From Chrysomallon squamiferum (lineage: Eukaryota; Animalia; Mollusca), in the NCBI GenBank assembly GCA_012295275.1, contig CM022677.1:23436001-23500000 (forward strand): a DNA stretch of 64,000 nt, in the 5' to 3' direction. Shown one piece after another: positions 59,301 to 64,000 of this stretch; the first letter of the stretch is position 1, and the number at the start of each line of letters is the position of its first letter. The position numbers and the translations under genes are program-made. The notes under the pieces were generated by a model that had not been told where the DNA came from, did not search any database, and worked only from the letters and a program-made list of their open reading frames with translations.

Positions 59301-62300
59301 ACGATAATTAATTTTTTGTCATTGACTATTTTCCAGATTGTGTGTGGCTAAACTGAACTATAATTATTTGCTTATATAGGATTTAAAGGCAGATCATTTT
59401 CTTATTGTATATTTTTTAGCATTTGTGACTGGTTTATATTTTCTTTGTTTCATTAATTTAATATGATTATCTATATTTAATATGTAGAAAATGTATCCAC
59501 TGGAAAAGTAAGAAAGAAGAAACACATTTTTATTTATTTATTTATATTTCAAGCTGTATTCATTTACATTCTATATATCTTGTTCTGCGATTTATTAATC
59601 ATGAACCAGTCTCAGATAGTGCTGGATTATTTTGTTGTGTTATTTTATTTTGTTTTATTTCATTTTATTTATTTATTTATTTGAAGTTCATTTTGTTATT
59701 ACTTATTTCATTTGTAGTTTGGGTGATCACAGCTATATTAAAAACAATAAAAATAAAAATGATGGCATTCTTGAAATTGCAAGACAACATTAATTTAATG
59801 TCCTATGTTTTTCATTAGCTAATATTGGCCATTGATACAAATACAGTAGTAAGATACACTTTAAAAGAAAATACTAACAAAAGAAACACTTTCAGCTATT
59901 AGCAAGTTGATAAAAGCAACATAAAAAATAAAAATAATATAAACAAATCAATATTGACCTTCAAATAGACAAGTTTTATCATTTCAAATCAAAGAAATAT
60001 TTCTTCAGATATCAAAAAAAAAAAAAATGTTTTAATTATAATTTCAGAGATACATTTCAATATCAATGATTATGATAAAATGTCTAGAAATCTATTTTAG
60101 TGAGTTCGAGACCATTTAGTCAAATTAAATTTTTAAAGATAATTTAGGAATTGTTGGTTAATAGCAAAAACAGCAGTTCTAGATTAATGAATAAGTGATA
60201 AAAATAACAAAAACAACAACTGTTTTATACAAAACTAAAAGCAAGTCAAAACATATTTCTAAAGATTAATGCTTGTTTTGAAATCTAATAAAAACTGTAT
60301 AATTTCTTATTAGATGTGTTTTAGAGAATATTTATTTGCAAAATAATTTTGCTGTAGCTGTTTAAAGGTTTCTGTTGATATTATAATGAATTTTACAAAG
60401 ACTCAACAGTGATGAGTAATTGTAACTTTTATTTCAGTTAATGGTGGATGGAATAGTTGGTTTGTTCACACTATTACAAAATGTGATGTGAATAACTGTC
60501 AACAGAAAGTTTTTTACCAAAGAGTATGTACAAAACCTGCACCCAGTCCAAGTGGATCACCTTGTCGAGGTGACAGTCAGCGTGTTGGCTACAGAGATTG
60601 CTGTGAGAGAAGTGTGTAGAATTTCCTATATCATTCTTTTCCTTCTTCTTTTTCATTTTATTTTATTTACAATCATTGTTTATCGTTTTTGAAACTTCTT
60701 TAATACAGTATCAAAAAAGTTATACTGAAATCTACAAATCATAGAGGAAATATCACTGTCCTCCCCAAAAACCACCCTTATCTTATGAAAATAAACAACA
60801 GTTTTGTAACTTGTAAAAACTTTTATTATTATTATTAACATGAAGTGGAACTTCTCCATTTTTTGAGAAAAAAATAACATGTCTATGTTGCACATAACTG
60901 TCAGTGGTTAAGAAATAGCAGATATATGCATGTACCATTCATTATGATTTATTTTCTTATCAATTCTCATTACTTCCTTTTCCTTCTGACAAATCCACAA
61001 ATATTAAGAAGATGAGACATTTTCTTCTATGATTAAAATATACAAAGAATTCATATAACAGTTATTACTTTACAACATTATTGAAACAAAAATAATATGA
61101 AAAATGATGTTAAGACAATAATTTTGTCTTTCTCTATCTCACTCTGATCTACCTCTTGAACTGTATTATTTCAGACCCTTGTAACAGAGCACACTGGACA
61201 ACATGGAGTGCAGATTTCAGTAGTGTATGTGCGTATGAATGTGAAAGGTATGTCTACAATTCTAGACAGTGTGTCGGGGACAAACGCTATTGTTATGGTG
61301 TTTTTATTAAGTCTCGTTATGAACGGTGCAAACAAGATTCATGTGAAATGGGTAAGTGGTTTGGTAAAAACAAGATTAATATGAAGATAAACGAAACCCT
61401 GTTTTAGTAGGATTTTAGTTACAATCTATCCTTCTTTTTCCTTTTTCACATTTTATTATTAATCCTTTTATCACAATCTCATCTTCATTCCTTTTGAATT
61501 TGCAAAGACGGACACAGTATGACACAGGTAGTTCCCTGTAACATCTATCTGTGATTCAGAAAATTACTAGCACTTTCTGTACATATACATACTTGTTGCT
61601 GAGTTTAAGTAAATCAGTAAAGTATTAATTACTGTAAAATATTTTATTTTAATTGTCTGTTATTAACAATCTATATATCTGTCTGTCCGTCTCTCTATCT
61701 GTCTATCTACCTCTGTGTCTCTCTCTCAAATGACTGTCTCTCTATCTGTCTATGTCTGCTTGTGGTTATCTATGGTCTGTCTATGGCAATCATTGGTTAC
61801 TGCAAATTGCCCAAGTCAGTGAGGATTTACAAAGCTACCTTAGGACATTGAACTTGAGTAGGATAAAGCTGATATCATAAGTAGTTATTTCTTTTTTCCT
61901 ACAGTCCTAAATAATTCAAAACTAAATGATATTATTGTTTATTTCTCATCTGTTTTGAAAGTTGTAAATTAATTCATTTTTTCTTAAAAAAAGAAGAAAA
62001 ATGGCCATATTTAAAAAACAAATAAAATATAGTGTATTAGTTATTTTTAAAATAATAACTGTTTTCAATGTGTTAATGTGCATATGTATAATAATACTAC
62101 TACTAATAATAGAAATATTTAAAATTAGAATTGTTTTTAATTTTCATTAGATAAATTCAGTTATATATATTATACATATATGTACATGTACAGAGAAAAA
62201 GAAAGCGAGTCATGTAATAAAACTAGCTGGTGCTGTGTATGTGTAAACTGGGATCTGTTTAAATTATTATTTTTGTCTAAGTTTTATATCCTATATCTTT

Positions 62301-62322
62301 AAATTGATGCCTTATTGCTACA

Positions 62323-62353
<31 letters not shown>

Positions 62354-62858
62354 ATGTTAGTACTGCATTAATTTTTGAAGTTCATGGTGGCTGGGGTAAT
62401 GGGACATTATTAGACTAGGGCAGTGTACTGTCATATGAGGATATGAAAACAGATGTCTGGATATTAGGAGAAAATACAATAATCCTCTATCTGTACAACA
62501 AGGATTCACATGTCAAGGAATACAAATTTGCGCATATAAAAAAAACTTTACTCGATGTGGTATCTAGTAATATTGTTACCATATCGAGTATCTGCACGTT
62601 TTTATTCCTTGACATGTGAATCCTTGTCATTATTATTATTTATGGTTTTACATTAATTTTGAAGTTCCTGGTGGTTGGAGTCGTTGGGAACTTATAAGCC
62701 AAAGTGCATGTACTGTCACTTGTGGATATGGTTATAGAAATATTTATCTTCGAAGAGAATGCAATGATCCTGTACCTGTGGGACAAGGATTGACCTGTCA
62801 AGGAATTCCGGAACAACGATTTAAACAACGTTGTTTCAAAAATACTCAATGTGGTAAA

Positions 62859-62907
<49 letters not shown>

Positions 62908-63744
62908 TTTTTTTTAATTTGACAGAGAATTAAAAAACAGTTTATATCAAACTGATCTAATAAAAGAAAGTCTCTAAAAATATTTGGATTTTCTATTAAA
63001 GAAACAAATATGTAAAGATATAAACTTTTTATTTGATTTTGATATAGAATTTCTAAAGCACAGAATAGAAGAAAAGAGGAAGAAGAAAAGAAAATCAATG
63101 AATTAATAATCTAATAAGTTGCGACATTTGGAAACCCACAAGAATTAAAAATAATATATATATTTAAAAATGTGTATTTTACATAAAAAAAAAATACAGT
63201 TAAGACTTTGTGATATGACATGTATTTCTTTTTAAAATATAGATTAAAAATGAAAAACAAAAAGAAATATATAAAATCAAAAACAAAACAAAAAAAAAAA
63301 AAACCCCAAAAACTGAAACATATTTAGAGCAGCCATTGCATTAAATGTAGAAGAATTAACACAAAAGAAACAGAACTAAACAATTTTTTAACATGTGATA
63401 ATGAAAGTAATAATTTATCGAGATTATAGTTTAAGTGATTGAAATTAAAAATAGTTTTTTGAGATGTATAAAATGCTTTTTGGTAAAACCGTGTGTGAAG
63501 TAGAAAATAAACACAAATATATAAACTTTACCTTCAGCAGATGAATATGGATCACTGGATGGTGAATGGTCTCCTTGGAGACAAACTGACTTAATACCTT
63601 GTAGTGTGACTTGTGGAATTGGAACTCATGCAATTCCATATGCAAGAAGATGTACTAATCCCCAGCCTACAGGTGGAGGAAGGAATTGTACAGGGCCGAG
63701 CAACAAAACTGTCATACAGAAGTGTTTTCGAACAGAATGCATTG
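49295..63744 (+). CDS. Gene D (5' part, continues beyond the window): TSR-repeat protein with at least 13 TSR exons
   Basis: Signal 49295-49349. TSR exons 49562-49735, 49969-50148, 50539-50700, 53216-53398, 53682-53873, 54159-54350, 56376-56537, 57025-57213, 57802-58008, 60438-60602, 61175-61351, 62665-62853 and 63538-63744. Microexon 50351-50374. No TM exon inside the window. Confidence 0.82.
49562..49735 (+). CDS. Gene D TSR exon 1
   Basis: 174 nt; paralogue of exons 29771 and 10260. Confidence 0.88.
49969..50148 (+). CDS. Gene D TSR exon 2
   Basis: 180 nt; paralogue of exon 30250. Confidence 0.88.
50351..50374 (+). CDS. Gene D 24-nt microexon (TPTRMEY)
   Basis: ttttcag|..|gtgagt. Confidence 0.78.
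50539..50700 (+). CDS. Gene D short TSR exon 3
   Basis: 162 nt; paralogue of exon 30821. Confidence 0.85.
53216..53398 (+). CDS. Gene D TSR exon (type a)
   Basis: 183 nt; paralogue of exon 33534. Confidence 0.85.
53682..53873 (+). CDS. Gene D TSR exon (type b)
   Basis: 192 nt: DGGWSSWIQIEGQCSVTCGLGNKNMERVKKCNNPAPQNGGKPCPPTRGTYVGWNIQCREGPCP. Confidence 0.88.
54159..54350 (+). CDS. Gene D TSR exon
   Basis: 192 nt: DGGWTSWEVGHSVCSVTCGNGIQQTVYERQCTNPEPQHGGNDCPGESTKATNVSSSCWKGHCP. Confidence 0.88.
55023..55737 (-). mobile_element. Tigger/pogo DNA transposon deletion derivative
   Basis: Termini cagtagta and taccagtg-ta. The empty site caatttcacaTAtgttggtat is seen near 32880 and 52563. The minus strand encodes a CENP-B-type HTH relic (MSIELK..VHVVNLARQYKHSTSMICIILKLKE), internally duplicated over about 111 bp. 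Confidence 0.8.
56110..56188 (+). pseudogene. 3' half of a type-b TSR exon
   Basis: ..FCTNRSSVERNIPCREGPCP a|gtaag, followed by the type-b downstream intron; no phase-1 acceptor and no WxxW half. Confidence 0.6.
56376..56537 (+). CDS. Gene D short TSR exon
   Basis: 162 nt: IWTSWQTGFNGECVHACQRDVYDIRNCSGENQYCYGFFVKSHVGQCKEDACEM. Confidence 0.85.
57025..57213 (+). CDS. Gene D TSR exon
   Basis: 189 nt: HGGWGYWEIISSNHCSVTCGYGYRYVDIRRQCNDPAPVGQGLKCQGIKTRGYRRACFVNVSC. Confidence 0.87.
57802..58008 (+). CDS. Gene D TSR exon
   Basis: 207 nt: HGNGSLDGRWSPWKQTDLIPCGATCGTGTHAVPYARTCTRPAPINGGRNCQGISNKTVMQKCFQRECI. Confidence 0.87.
60438..60602 (+). CDS. Gene D TSR exon (last Cys supplied by the next exon)
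   Basis: ttcag|..t|gtgaga, 165 nt: NGGWNSWFVHTITKCDVNNCQQKVFYQRVCTKPAPSPSGSPCRGDSQRVGYRDC; alternative donor after 60611. Confidence 0.78.
61175..61351 (+). CDS. Gene D short TSR exon
   Basis: 177 nt: PCNRAHWTTWSADFSSVCAYECERYVYNSRQCVGDKRYCYGVFIKSRYERCKQDSCEM. Confidence 0.87.
62381..62559 (+). pseudogene. Decayed TSR pseudo-exon
   Basis: gaag|ttcatggtggctgggg; homologous to exons 57025 and 62665, with a frameshift, stops and lost Cys. Confidence 0.75.
62665..62853 (+). CDS. Gene D TSR exon
   Basis: 189 nt: PGGWSRWELISQSACTVTCGYGYRNIYLRRECNDPVPVGQGLTCQGIPEQRFKQRCFKNTQC. Confidence 0.87.
63538..63744 (+). CDS. Gene D TSR exon (NAGNAG acceptor)
   Basis: cagcag acceptor, 207 or 204 nt: DEYGSLDGEWSPWRQTDLIPCSVTCGIGTHAIPYARRCTNPQPTGGGRNCTGPSNKTVIQKCFRTECI. 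Confidence 0.87.
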
Positions 63745-64000
63745 GTATGATCAATATATTTATAATTTTTGTACATATGTGTATCTGCTTGGACATTCTC
63801 TATCTTAACCCAATAAATATGCATACAGCTATTCTTCATCCATTAATTACAATGCTTTTTTCATTATATAAATATATATAAACGAATATAAAAATGTTAT
63901 GTTTTGTAATAATTTCAAAATAATATTAAGAAATGATAATTTAATAATAAAAAAAAATAAATAAATATAAAATAAAATAAAATAATATGTAACATGATAT

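Overview
Very AT-rich, microsatellite-dense eukaryotic (animal) genomic DNA; an invertebrate, possibly a mollusc, though that is inference only. The ORF track hides the real content: a + strand head-to-tail array of four intron-containing paralogues encoding single-pass type I receptors whose ectodomains consist only of thrombospondin type-1 repeats (TSR). Gene A is a 3' end only (to 4822), genes B (9439-22690) and C (29500-43715) are complete, and gene D (from 49295) runs off the window. The shared plan is a 55-nt signal-peptide exon, one TSR per phase-1/phase-1 exon (about 34 intact, plus at least 6 broken), 18-24 nt microexons, an 85-nt TM exon, and a short tail ending in E-N-Y-x-(L/I/M)-x-stop. 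The array repeats in ~20-21 kb segmental duplications. It shows exon gain and loss, mosaic exons, a fold-back palindrome at a duplication junction, and an excess of amino-acid-changing substitutions, consistent with a rapidly diversifying recognition-receptor family (inference). An orphan TM exon plus Tyr-motif tail exon of a different receptor lies on the - strand at 44364-44832. Relics of Tigger/pogo, Chapaev-3-like and THAP-encoding transposons are also present. All exon models were read by eye and have no transcript support.
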